Source of the DNA: a virus
Virus record (IMG/VR): IMGVR_UViG_3300033076_001343
Coordinates: 8,271-72,270 of that record
DNA length: 64,000 bases
Strand: one strand, 5' to 3'
Numbering within the stretch: the first letter of the stretch is position 1; each line of letters opens with the position of its first letter. The position numbers and the translations under genes were made by a program. Positions 7,898 through 16,854 of this stretch are shown here, in pieces. The notes under the pieces are model-generated. The model was not told the DNA's origin. It saw only the letters and a list, made by a program, of their open reading frames with translations, and ran no database searches.

Positions 7898-8362
7898 TTA
7901 TCTATTTTTCTTATAAAGTATTGTCAATGTTTCTTGATATGGATTACAACCTGGTAATCTATCATATCCTTTGGATATCATTTCCTGGTACTTTTCATCC
8001 ATCTCACAAATGTATGCCAATTCACCATTGTAATAAACACACGCAAAACTAAATCCGTTTTCGATGATAACCGTATACGCCTTAGTCATTGCAGAACCAC
8101 CAATACCTTGCCACCCACCTGAAGTATTACCCCAAGTTTGGGGAACCACGTGTAAATCAATTTCTTTCCATTGAACATACTCACCATGAGTAAGATGCGT
8201 TGATGTCTCACGTTTAACAACGTTCTTATTCCAAAACGCTTGTAAACGTTCATTTTGTTCTTTATTTCCCAAATGTTGGAAAATATTTGGTAAGTACTCA
8301 TAATCAGAGATTGCTCTTGTGATGTTTGAGATTTCTTGGATGTCTATATTAATCGTTCCCAT
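7898..8362 (-). CDS. hypothetical protein
   Basis: 154-aa ORF; the overlapping small ORF 8086-8301 in another frame is judged spurious. Confidence 0.5.
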   Translation of the reverse strand: MGTINIDIQEISNITRAISDYEYLPNIFQHLGNKEQNERLQAFWNKNVVKRETSTHLTHGEYVQWKEIDLHVVPQTWGNTSGGWQGIGGSAMTKAYTVIIENGFSFACVYYNGELAYICEMDEKYQEMISKGYDRLPGCNPYQETLTILYKKNR

Positions 8363-8377
8363 AATTATATTTTTTGT

Positions 8378-8632
8378 TTAGACATTGTGTGTTAATTCAT
8401 CCATCGTTGGTGTGAACCTATGTGCGGCTTCTCGTAAAATTGAAACCTGAACCATCGTTAGGTGTTCATAAGTGTTTCCACCCACAATATCATGAACCAT
8501 TTTACATTTAGAACGAACAATACCGTTCTCACGGATAATACCCAGTGGGTCGTCTTCTCTCATTTCATCAATTACCAAAACCAATTCTTCATCGGTCATA
8601 TCGGAGAATATTTTTGTTACCTCGTTTACCAT
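8378..8632 (-). CDS. hypothetical protein
   Basis: 84-aa ORF. Confidence 0.45.
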   Translation of the reverse strand: MVNEVTKIFSDMTDEELVLVIDEMREDDPLGIIRENGIVRSKCKMVHDIVGGNTYEHLTMVQVSILREAAHRFTPTMDELTHNV

Positions 8633-8666
8633 TGTCTTTTATTTTAGAATACAAAGATAATACTTT

Positions 8667-8894
8667 TTATTCTTCCAACCTATGTTCGGGATAAGTTTTT
8701 TTGATTATTTGTTCTAATTCTGATACAAACTTTCTTCTTTGACCGATTCTACCTTCATTCATATAAATGGTAACTCTATTTCGTTCAAATGATTTACTCA
8801 ATACTTCATTCTCGGCACAGTATTGTGCAATTTCTTCGTTGGTAATTCTTAAATCCTCCAACATTTCTTCTAATGGTATGTGTGAATTTTCCAT
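8667..8894 (-). CDS. hypothetical protein
   Basis: 75-aa ORF. Confidence 0.45.
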   Translation of the reverse strand: MENSHIPLEEMLEDLRITNEEIAQYCAENEVLSKSFERNRVTIYMNEGRIGQRRKFVSELEQIIKKTYPEHRLEE

Positions 8895-8986
8895 AATTTG
8901 TTATTTGAAATATGATTTAATCTTCATCCACACTATGTCGGGATAATTAAAGAGCCACCAAAAAAACCAATAAATTTTTTTCATTA

Positions 8987-9298
8987 TTACTCAATAATTT
9001 TATATGTTGTCTGTTTAACTTTATGATTTTCTTTAATAGAAAAATACTTTTTATATTCTTCAATAATTTTAAGGGCGTCTCTTTCTGTGGAATAAGAATG
9101 TGTTATAGTCTTCGATGTATCAAAAGAACCATATTGAGGTTCTTCAAGAATATACTCCCATTCCATATATTGTTTTCTTATCCAACCGCGTGTGGTGACT
9201 AAATACCCTCTCTGCGGGATATAACGTTTCTCACCATTATTCAATTCATTAATCTGTATTCTGTAAATGTACATAATATTATTTTTTAATCTCTCCAA
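8987..9298 (-). CDS. hypothetical protein
   Basis: 103-aa ORF. Confidence 0.45.
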   Translation of the reverse strand: MERLKNNIMYIYRIQINELNNGEKRYIPQRGYLVTTRGWIRKQYMEWEYILEEPQYGSFDTSKTITHSYSTERDALKIIEEYKKYFSIKENHKVKQTTYKIIE

Positions 9299-9471
9299 CT
9301 AATTAACATTTTGTCAGGACCTTTCTCCATTGCATCCAAATAATTATCCCACGCCATTTTGATACTTGGTGTGGTGAGTTCATTATTTGGAGCTTGAATC
9401 ACCAATGGCAATTTTCTTTTATCTTCACTAATTTGTTGAAGCTCTTTGATAAAGTCATCAATTGTTTTCAT
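9286..9471 (-). CDS. hypothetical small protein
   Basis: 61-aa ORF immediately downstream (minus sense) of tRNA-Met. Confidence 0.4.
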   Translation of the reverse strand: MKTIDDFIKELQQISEDKRKLPLVIQAPNNELTTPSIKMAWDNYLDAMEKGPDKMLISWRD

Positions 9472-9485
9472 CTTTTTTATTTTTG

Positions 9486-9559
9486 TGGTCCCTACAGGAC
9501 TTGAACCTGTGACCTACTGATTATGAGTCAGCTGCTCTGACCAACTGAGCTAAGGGACC
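9486..9559 (-). tRNA. tRNA-Met/Ile2 (CAT), outside the main array
   Basis: GGTCCCT-TAGCTCAGTTGGTCAGAGC-A-GCTGA CTCATAA TCAGT-AGGTC-ACAGG TTCAAGT CCTGT-AGGGACC-A. Confidence 0.85.
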
Positions 9560-9720
9560 TAAGACCTTAAAAGTGGATACAATCTCCGTGGATGTTATCC
9601 CATTCGTCTTCGATTGGTTTAGAAGGTGGAAGAACTACTTCCTCTTCTTGAGTTAGGATATTTGGGTCTGTAAACATGATATGAGGGTTTTTTATACCTT
9701 AAATACACACGTTCACAAAT

Positions 9721-10137
9721 TTACGCGGTGTGCTCCCAAACAACTCTAACACAGTTTTGAGGTAATCTGTGAATATGACGGTAATTGTTAATATAACCCA
9801 TCATATTTGCAGAACCAACAGCATTTGCAGAGTGTACAACAACATCAACCACAGGTTCACCATCCAACCATTTATTAACCAACCATTTGGTACAATCCAT
9901 ACCAGTTTTTTCGGTAATATTATCATAGTTGATTTCATAGTTTTTTACCACACCATGCAACCACTCTTTCATCGCACTATCACCCAAATCGTGGTCCAAA
10001 GAAATTAATTCAATATTCTTTAAACCAATCTCGTTGATTTTCTGTACGAATTCATCGTAAGAACGAACCACAACCCAATTATCCACGTCAACTGGTGTTC
10101 TTACGTCATCCAAATAAATTCTATATAATTTTTTCAT
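9721..10137 (-). CDS. conserved hypothetical protein (MKKLYRIYLDDVR...SLDHDLGD)
   Basis: 138-aa ORF. CAAAGATA on the + strand (the complement of TATCTTTG) lies directly upstream of its start. Confidence 0.5.
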   Translation of the reverse strand: MKKLYRIYLDDVRTPVDVDNWVVVRSYDEFVQKINEIGLKNIELISLDHDLGDSAMKEWLHGVVKNYEINYDNITEKTGMDCTKWLVNKWLDGEPVVDVVVHSANAVGSANMMGYINNYRHIHRLPQNCVRVVWEHTA

Positions 10138-10180
10138 ACTACAAAGATAAAATAAAAACTTGATACTTCAAATAAGTTTG

Positions 10181-10198
10181 GCGATATTTATAAGTAAG
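10181..10198 (+). promoter_or_regulatory. candidate promoter motif with no downstream protein gene
   Basis: GCGATATTTATAAGTAAG lies about 110 nt upstream of the orphan terminator at 10305-10333; intervening ORFs are 12 aa or shorter. Confidence 0.35.
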
Positions 10199-10304
10199 AC
10201 AAAATAAAGGTGTCTTTTGGATAAACCAAAAATGAGAACAAGGTCGCGATGAGAAGTGGAAAATCTCGAACCATAAACCGTAAATAAGTCTACTTATAAT
10301 AAGA

Positions 10305-10333
10305 AGGGGTGAAAAAGTTTCATCCCTTTTTTG
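10305..10333 (+). terminator. orphan plus-strand intrinsic terminator
   Basis: GGGGTGAAA-AAG-TTTCATCCC + T6; no plus-strand protein gene precedes it. Confidence 0.5.
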
Positions 10334-10377
10334 TTTTTATACAGAAAATAAACTATTCTTAAGAAAAAATTGAAGAA

Positions 10378-10866
10378 ATGAGTAATGTATTGGTATTGAA
10401 TTACGACTATACCCCGTTGAACCTAACTTCAACAAGGAGGGGGTTTGTACTTGTAGATAAAGGTAAAGCTGAAATTATCAAAGCGGATAATAACCCAATT
10501 GTGTGCGGTTATGAAACATATGTTCGACCTCTTATTATTAGATTATTGAACTACGTAAAGTTCAGTCGAAAAACTTCAAAGGTAAATCGTAATAGAATTT
10601 ATAAACGGGATGGTCATGAATGTGTGTATTGTGGTTCAAGTAAACAATTAACTCTTGACCACGTATTACCTAAATCACGTGGAGGTAAAAATGAATGGAC
10701 AAACTTGGTGACTTGTTGTTTTAAATGTAACTTAAGAAAAGGAAATAGAACACCTGAAGAGGCAAAGATGGTTATGAGACATAAACCATATGTGCCATCG
10801 ATTATGAACGACAGTGCGGTATTAAATAAAGCTTGGACAGAATACCAAGAATCCTTTGTTTATTAG
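10378..10866 (+). CDS. HNH endonuclease
   Basis: CVYCGSSKQLTLDHVLPKSRGGKNEWTNLVTCCFKCNLRKGNR matches the HNH motif (Cys pairs plus His and Asn). Confidence 0.85.
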   Translation: MSNVLVLNYDYTPLNLTSTRRGFVLVDKGKAEIIKADNNPIVCGYETYVRPLIIRLLNYVKFSRKTSKVNRNRIYKRDGHECVYCGSSKQLTLDHVLPKSRGGKNEWTNLVTCCFKCNLRKGNRTPEEAKMVMRHKPYVPSIMNDSAVLNKAWTEYQESFVY

Positions 10867-10904
10867 AAAAAATTACTAAACTTATAAGAAATAGAATATA
10901 AATT

Positions 10905-11201
10905 ATGGAAAATTACACAAACCCAGAACAAGAAGGTCAAGAACAAAACCAACAAGATTTGATTAACGCATCTTTAATCTTTGCAAGAGCATTAGGTCTC
11001 ATTTTCAGAGATGATGAAGGTATTGTTGTTGACGTTAAAGGTGATGTTAACTTAGGTGAAGAAGTAACTAAAGTTATTGTTTTCAAACAAAACAATCAGG
11101 TTCACATTTATCGTTGTGAAGAAGATGTAGAAGAAGGTACTGCAGTTAACTTAGGTATGCCACCAGTTGAAGGTGAAGAATTAACTGAACCAGAACAATA
11201 A
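10905..11201 (+). CDS. acidic hypothetical protein
   Basis: 98-aa E/D/Q-rich ORF. Confidence 0.45.
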   Translation: MENYTNPEQEGQEQNQQDLINASLIFARALGLIFRDDEGIVVDVKGDVNLGEEVTKVIVFKQNNQVHIYRCEEDVEEGTAVNLGMPPVEGEELTEPEQ

Positions 11202-11219
11202 AAAGACAAAACAAATTAG

Positions 11220-12890
11220 ATGAGGACATTAGGATTTTCTGTTGGCCACGACAAAGGTGCGGTAATAATTGAAGATGGAAAGGTAGTTGTCGGTATAACC
11301 CAAGAAAGACTATCAAGAATTAAACATGACGGTGCATATCAAGGCGGTAAAATACCCTATGAATCTATTTTATATTGTTTAAACCATTTGAATTTGACAA
11401 TCAACGACATACATTCAATTGCATACAGTACTACTGAATTACACGATGATGTTGAGGAACAATTCAAAGATAAATTTGGAAACAGGAACTTTAATTTAAC
11501 TTTTATACCTCACCATTTAGCTCACGCATATTCAAGTTTTTTTAGTTCAGGTTTTGAACAATCCGCAGTCATTGTTGCAGATGCATCTGGAAGTATTTTA
11601 AATAGACTAAACAAGTTACACCATTGGTATCCTGACGTTACAACAGAAGGGTTAGATAAGGGTGAGGATTGGACTGAGGGTATTTCTATTTATCACATAT
11701 CAAGAAACAACCATACAGAAGTTTACAAGAAATGGATTAAGTATCCCGTACCATTAGAAACTGAAGATTGTGTATCTGTGGGTACATTATATTCTGAAGG
11801 TTCTTTACAATTAATTTATGAACCAAATGAACACACTTGGCCGGCAGGTAAATTAATGGGTCTTGCATCTTATGCAAATCAAGACATAGTTAATGAAGCA
11901 CCTGACTATATTGTTAGAAAAGATGATGACATCTTTATTCCAAACAAGAGAATTTATCCTAAAGTAAATTATAATTCTGATTTCTATTCAAAGGCCTGTG
12001 TTGCAGGAATTTATCAAAGAGAACAAGAAAGAGCATCACTTATTTTGGCAAGAATGGCGAAAGAATTAACACAGTCAAATAATATCTGTGTTGCTGGTGG
12101 TTCGTTCTTAAATTGCAATTCAAATGAAAAGATATTGAATTCAGGTCTTTTTGAAAATTCCTTCTTTATCCCTCCCGCAGATGACAGTGGTATTCCTTTA
12201 GGTTGTGCGTGGTACGCATATCAAGAATTAGTGGATATTCAAGAAACTGAAGTGTTGAGTCCTTATATTGGAAAACCTTACTCTCGTTCTGAAATAATAT
12301 CCGCAATCAATCAATTCCCGAATTTAAAATTTGAGGAATACGATAATATGGACAATTTAATTGACCTTACTTCATATTGGTTAACACAAAATAGAGTAAT
12401 TGGTTGGTTCCAAGGAGGTGCAGAAATTGGTCCAAGAGCATTAGGTAATCGTTCAATCTTGGCGTCACCTATTGAACCTTGGATGACTGGTCACATTAAC
12501 TCAGATATTAAGAAAAGAGAATGGTATAGGCCATTTGCCCCAGCAGTACTATTTGAACACCAAGGAGAAGTATTTGAATCAGATGTTTATTCTCCATATA
12601 TGTTAGTAACAACTACCGTAAAAGAAGAGTGGAGAAGTAAAATTCCTGCAGTGACTCATATTGACTATTCAGCTAGACATCAATCAGTTACGGAGAAAAG
12701 CAATCCAAAATTCTACAAACTTATCTCCAAATTTTACGAAAAAACAAATGTACCTGTTTTATTGAATACGAGCTTTAACGGACCAAAAGAACCTATTGTT
12801 GAGACACCGTCAGACGCCATTAGATGTCTCTTTGAAACTAACTTAGACCATCTAATTATTGAAAATTTTATAATCCATAGAAACATTTAA
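11220..12890 (+). CDS. carbamoyltransferase (NodU/CmcH family)
   Basis: N-terminal HHLAHAYSSFFSSGFEQSAVIVADASG motif; the 556-aa length fits the family. Confidence 0.85.
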   Translation: MRTLGFSVGHDKGAVIIEDGKVVVGITQERLSRIKHDGAYQGGKIPYESILYCLNHLNLTINDIHSIAYSTTELHDDVEEQFKDKFGNRNFNLTFIPHHLAHAYSSFFSSGFEQSAVIVADASGSILNRLNKLHHWYPDVTTEGLDKGEDWTEGISIYHISRNNHTEVYKKWIKYPVPLETEDCVSVGTLYSEGSLQLIYEPNEHTWPAGKLMGLASYANQDIVNEAPDYIVRKDDDIFIPNKRIYPKVNYNSDFYSKACVAGIYQREQERASLILARMAKELTQSNNICVAGGSFLNCNSNEKILNSGLFENSFFIPPADDSGIPLGCAWYAYQELVDIQETEVLSPYIGKPYSRSEIISAINQFPNLKFEEYDNMDNLIDLTSYWLTQNRVIGWFQGGAEIGPRALGNRSILASPIEPWMTGHINSDIKKREWYRPFAPAVLFEHQGEVFESDVYSPYMLVTTTVKEEWRSKIPAVTHIDYSARHQSVTEKSNPKFYKLISKFYEKTNVPVLLNTSFNGPKEPIVETPSDAIRCLFETNLDHLIIENFIIHRNI

Positions 12891-12926
12891 TTTTACATTT
12901 GTCGTTATTGAAATTTTAATCTATAT

Positions 12927-13631
12927 TTGTATCATACTAAATTTTTAAACATGAATTACGGAAAAGAATTTTACGCTTATTACACAAAACACTTGGGAAA
13001 ACCATCATCACACTTGGATTATTTTTCCAACCAAATCGAATCATCTATGACTCCTTATATTTTGGAGGAAAGAGAAATGAGGGCAACACAAATGGATATT
13101 TTCTCTCGTTTGATGAGAGACCGTTTGTTATGGGTTGCTGGTCCTGTAAATGACCACATGTCAACGATTGTCCAAGCACAGTTAATGTTCCTCGATTCGA
13201 CTGATAAATCTGACATTACAATGCACATTGACTCACCAGGTGGTAGTGTAAAATCAGGATTGTCTATGGTTGATGTTATGGAATATATCTCATGTGATAT
13301 TCGTACAGTAAACACAGGAATGGCAGCGTCCATGGGTTCAGTGTTATTAGGCGCAGGAACCAAGGGTAAACGTTCATCATTACGTTTTTCTCAAACAATG
13401 CTACACCAATCTTCAGGTGGTGCGGTTGGTAATATTCAAGACGCTCGTATTAATATGATTGAGTGGGAGAAAGTTAATAATATTTTATTTGAGTTGTTAG
13501 GTTCTTACTGCGGTAAGCCAGCAAAACAGGTTATGGAAGATGCTACTCGTGATTTATGGTTAAGCGCGGAAGACGCTCTTCAGTACGGGATTATTGATGA
13601 AATCGTTAAAACAAAAAAGAAGGGTAATTAA
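12927..13631 (+). CDS. clpP: ClpP-family serine protease
   Basis: Ser-His-Asp ClpP core (DSPGGSV...MGSVLL...QTMLHQSSGG). TATATTTG motif upstream. Start may be the internal Met at about 12951. Confidence 0.85.
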   Translation: MYHTKFLNMNYGKEFYAYYTKHLGKPSSHLDYFSNQIESSMTPYILEEREMRATQMDIFSRLMRDRLLWVAGPVNDHMSTIVQAQLMFLDSTDKSDITMHIDSPGGSVKSGLSMVDVMEYISCDIRTVNTGMAASMGSVLLGAGTKGKRSSLRFSQTMLHQSSGGAVGNIQDARINMIEWEKVNNILFELLGSYCGKPAKQVMEDATRDLWLSAEDALQYGIIDEIVKTKKKGN

Positions 13632-13646
13632 CCCTTCTTTTTTTGA
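13612..13646 (+). terminator. intrinsic terminator after clpP
   Basis: AAGAAGGGT-AATTAA-CCCTTCTT + T7. Confidence 0.55.
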
Positions 13647-13723
13647 GATTTGGAACACCCCCTTTGTTTTTAGTTCTCATTTATATTCAAGAGCTTTCGC
13701 TCGATGAATCCCTTTTACCTAAA

Positions 13724-14395
13724 TTAAGATGTTTTTAATTTAGCCTCAACTTTTTTGGCGTTATTAGCAAATTTACCAAATAAGTCACAAACCGTGTCAG
13801 ATATACTGTTTTCAATACTTGTTGCGAATGAAGTACCTGTAATAGCGTCCGCTAATGTGTTTCTTAAAAACGAATATCCTGGTGCGTCAAATCCTTTTTG
13901 TCTTTGTAATGACATAACCATACCTTCAACAATACTTTCAGATACTAATTTTGTCATCAATTTACAATCAGACATTGACCTAATTACTTCGGAAGGTCTT
14001 GAAGTTAAGTACGATATAATAAAATTAGACATAAAACCTTCCCCAAATAAAGGAGTAACAATCTTACCTATTAAAGGTTCAAAAATTGTTTGAGTAGCAT
14101 TACCAAAAAATCCACCAAATAAGGATTTAAACACACCACTTAAATCTTGTTCAGATATTAATCCATTTGTTTGTAAGTATGACAATTCATTTAAAATATT
14201 GTAAGATAGTTGAGCCTTTTTATCTTCGGTTAATTCATTGAACTCGTCCTCACTTTGGACGTGTTCAACAAGAATTGAAAGTCTTGTTTTAACTAAATGA
14301 TTCTCAATAATTCTCTTTTCTTTTTGTTCTTTGGCCTCAAGTAGGGACCTTCTAATTTTTCTCTCTAACATGATTTTAATTATTTTAGCATCCAT
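13724..14395 (-). CDS. hypothetical protein
   Basis: 223-aa ORF; the overlapping + ORF 13755-14093 is judged spurious. Confidence 0.5.
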   Translation of the reverse strand: MDAKIIKIMLERKIRRSLLEAKEQKEKRIIENHLVKTRLSILVEHVQSEDEFNELTEDKKAQLSYNILNELSYLQTNGLISEQDLSGVFKSLFGGFFGNATQTIFEPLIGKIVTPLFGEGFMSNFIISYLTSRPSEVIRSMSDCKLMTKLVSESIVEGMVMSLQRQKGFDAPGYSFLRNTLADAITGTSFATSIENSISDTVCDLFGKFANNAKKVEAKLKTS

Positions 14396-15408
14396 TTAGA
14401 ATCATCATCCCATAATGTTGGCCCTCCAGACTTGGCACCTGTAAGTATGTCAATTATATCATCAGTTTTACCTCCACCTAATGCACCCCAATCACCATAG
14501 AATTCATTTTTACATGCCTGAGACTTCTCTTTTAAAGCATTAAATTCATTTGGTTTTAAAGGTCTCTTTTTCTTCCATGAAATGTAATATGCCTCTATTG
14601 TATCTTTACAGTCTTTTTTATCTGTAGGTATTCTACTTTCAACAGCATTTTGAATTACTGTTGTAATATTCTGACCAGATTGAAGACCTTGAGTACTTGC
14701 AGGGTTAAAATACATTACCAAGTCTTGAGGGAAATATCCGTCAGATGCGGGACTAACAACTTGAGATTTAAAAGTTTTAATTTCCTCAGGTGTGAGTTCA
14801 GATTTTAATTTATAACCTTTAGACTTATATTCATCAATAATTGATTGTGCTTTATCTCCAAGACCTTTTTCTAAATTGGAACCCTTTCTCCTGTATAAAT
14901 CAATTCCATCAATTACTTTTTTCTCATACATTGCGGGATTAGAAATATTTTCTTTAGTATCAATTTGTATTAACTCATCATATGATTTCCATCCTCCTTC
15001 TTTCTTAAGAAGTTCAATGTTTGAGTCTGCAACCTTTTTGTCTGCGGCATTTTTTTCTTGTGTTGCAGCATCTTGTGCTGCTTTATTAGCGGCACCTGCC
15101 AATGTAGTCTCAATTGCATCACACTTCCATTTACCACTTTGACTACCGTCAGCAAATTTGAATGTCATGTCCGCAAAAAAGTCAACTTCTTTACTTGGGT
15201 CTTTTGCACTTGGTTTACGATAAAAAACATTACCAGTAGATTTACTTCTTTTCAATGAACCATTTTTCAAACACCCCGCACTAATCGCAATTCTAAGCTT
15301 TTCTAAATCACTTGTAGCATCTTCTTTAATCAAAAATGTATTCTTTTTTTCATTAGAATGCATTTCTAATATAGTTTTAACTTCTTCGTTACTAATATTG
15401 AATTTCAT
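14380..15408 (-). CDS. hypothetical protein with conserved N-terminal leader (...LIKEDATSDLEK)
   Basis: N-terminal ~35 aa alignable with the 15421-16497 product; Lys-rich body. Confidence 0.55.
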   Translation of the reverse strand: MKFNISNEEVKTILEMHSNEKKNTFLIKEDATSDLEKLRIAISAGCLKNGSLKRSKSTGNVFYRKPSAKDPSKEVDFFADMTFKFADGSQSGKWKCDAIETTLAGAANKAAQDAATQEKNAADKKVADSNIELLKKEGGWKSYDELIQIDTKENISNPAMYEKKVIDGIDLYRRKGSNLEKGLGDKAQSIIDEYKSKGYKLKSELTPEEIKTFKSQVVSPASDGYFPQDLVMYFNPASTQGLQSGQNITTVIQNAVESRIPTDKKDCKDTIEAYYISWKKKRPLKPNEFNALKEKSQACKNEFYGDWGALGGGKTDDIIDILTGAKSGGPTLWDDDSKWMLK

Positions 15409-15420
15409 CTTATCTAGTTA

Positions 15421-16497
15421 TTAAATTGCGTTAGGGTCTAATGCATCTACATCCTCGATATCAGGATTTACTACTGTAGTTTTTTTACCACAGATTTTAT
15501 CTATGTCAGCGTCTGTAAAAGAGTCATATCCTAAAGATTTTAATTTTTCTTGTGTTTTTGGACCATACTTACCATCAGGAGTCATACCTAAACATGCCTG
15601 AACCGTCTCAATAGGTTTTGCGCTACAAAGATATTTGTATGTCCCTGTACATGGTTTGTATTTTGATACTCTTGGTACTGGTGGTACTGGATTTCCTCCT
15701 GTTGGGGTTGGTTTTTTATTACGAATTGAACTATCGTCAAAATCTTCAACTAATCTTTTTGTTTCAGATTCAACTACAACTTTTCTACCCTCACAAGTTA
15801 ATGATTTACCCGTATCAACCCATTTAGTACCATTCCAATCTTTTACTGCACCATCATAGAACAATTGGTAAACTCTACCTGAAGTACCTCTTACTTTAAT
15901 AAATGTGTATCTATTAGCATTTATATAAACTTTTTGGTCAACGTTTGAATCAGAATCAAAAACACAACGGAATTTTGCCTTAAATTGGTTAATATTCTTT
16001 TGCTCAGTACTATCAACTCTCAATTTAGACTCTTTTTTGGTTCTGTAATTCATCGCCGAAAATGTATCCATTAATTCCGCTAATTCTTCATCGTCTAACT
16101 CATCAACTAATTTTTGAGCAAAATCGCCATAACCTAATTCTTCAAATTCAGTTTTAATATTACATAAGTCATCCAAATTACCCTTTTTCATTATGTTTGC
16201 TTGAGCTCTCCAAAGACTGTCGTCAGTACCACCCATAAATCCAAGTGTTTGGTAGTTAAATGCTCTATTGAAATTACTTGCGATTGACGCGGCGTCAAGG
16301 GTTCCTTCACCTTCAGCTCTTGACCTACAAGCATCTAACATTTTTTTAACTGACTTTTCAGTGTCAGTATCAATATCATCCTCCTTAATCAATTTAATTG
16401 ATGTTTTATTTTCAGTTAAAGTTTTTGATGTATCGTATCCCATCATTAATTTTACTCTATTTAGAGCTTCTTGTGGGCTGTATTTTGGTTGTTTCAT
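15421..16497 (-). CDS. hypothetical protein with C-terminal peptidoglycan-binding-like domain
   Basis: Leader MKQPKYS...IKLIKEDDIDTDTEK paralogous to the 14380 gene. C-terminus TPDGKYGPKTQEKLKSLGY resembles PG_binding_1. TATTTATAA upstream. Confidence 0.55.
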   Translation of the reverse strand: MKQPKYSPQEALNRVKLMMGYDTSKTLTENKTSIKLIKEDDIDTDTEKSVKKMLDACRSRAEGEGTLDAASIASNFNRAFNYQTLGFMGGTDDSLWRAQANIMKKGNLDDLCNIKTEFEELGYGDFAQKLVDELDDEELAELMDTFSAMNYRTKKESKLRVDSTEQKNINQFKAKFRCVFDSDSNVDQKVYINANRYTFIKVRGTSGRVYQLFYDGAVKDWNGTKWVDTGKSLTCEGRKVVVESETKRLVEDFDDSSIRNKKPTPTGGNPVPPVPRVSKYKPCTGTYKYLCSAKPIETVQACLGMTPDGKYGPKTQEKLKSLGYDSFTDADIDKICGKKTTVVNPDIEDVDALDPNAI

Positions 16498-16543
16498 AAT
16501 CTTTTTTTTATAAATATAACGTTATTACTATAAATATGGTGTT

Positions 16544-16807
16544 TTACCAAATTTGGTTAGCTGCACCTCTAGCTATTCCTGTTTCCCATTTTTGACCTGA
16601 AGCCATTAGTGGATTTGCCTTACCTCTTTTTAATTGATAACTATCTGCCCATTTAGGTACAGAACCACCACCTGTAGAACCACCTGTTGATGGCGATGGT
16701 GTTGACGCCGCAGCATCTTGTTCTCCTAATTCTCCAGTTTCGTCATCTTCTATTGGTTCTGAGTTCTTATTAAAGAAATCAATTAAATAATCTACATCTA
16801 AATTCAT
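16544..16807 (-). CDS. hypothetical Gly/Ser/Thr-rich small protein
   Basis: 87-aa ORF. Confidence 0.4.
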   Translation of the reverse strand: MNLDVDYLIDFFNKNSEPIEDDETGELGEQDAAASTPSPSTGGSTGGGSVPKWADSYQLKRGKANPLMASGQKWETGIARGAANQIW

Positions 16808-16840
16808 ATCAATAAATATTTTTATAATTCGAAAAATGTA

Positions 16841-16854
16841 TTTATCTTTGTTGT
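16841..16854 (+). promoter_or_regulatory. Bacteroidetes-type -7 element TATCTTTG (TAnnTTTG)
   Basis: Same motif directly upstream of the genes at 5422, 12927, 22128, 24470 and 36019, and (as complement) the genes at 9721 and 55922. Confidence 0.4.

Noticed and set aside
12927-13631. ClpP as the prohead protease for the xE-ending leaders
   Set aside because: Kept only as a remote alternative. The gene is in the early, host-promoter region away from structural genes. L/I-x-E processing is characteristic of a different protease clan.
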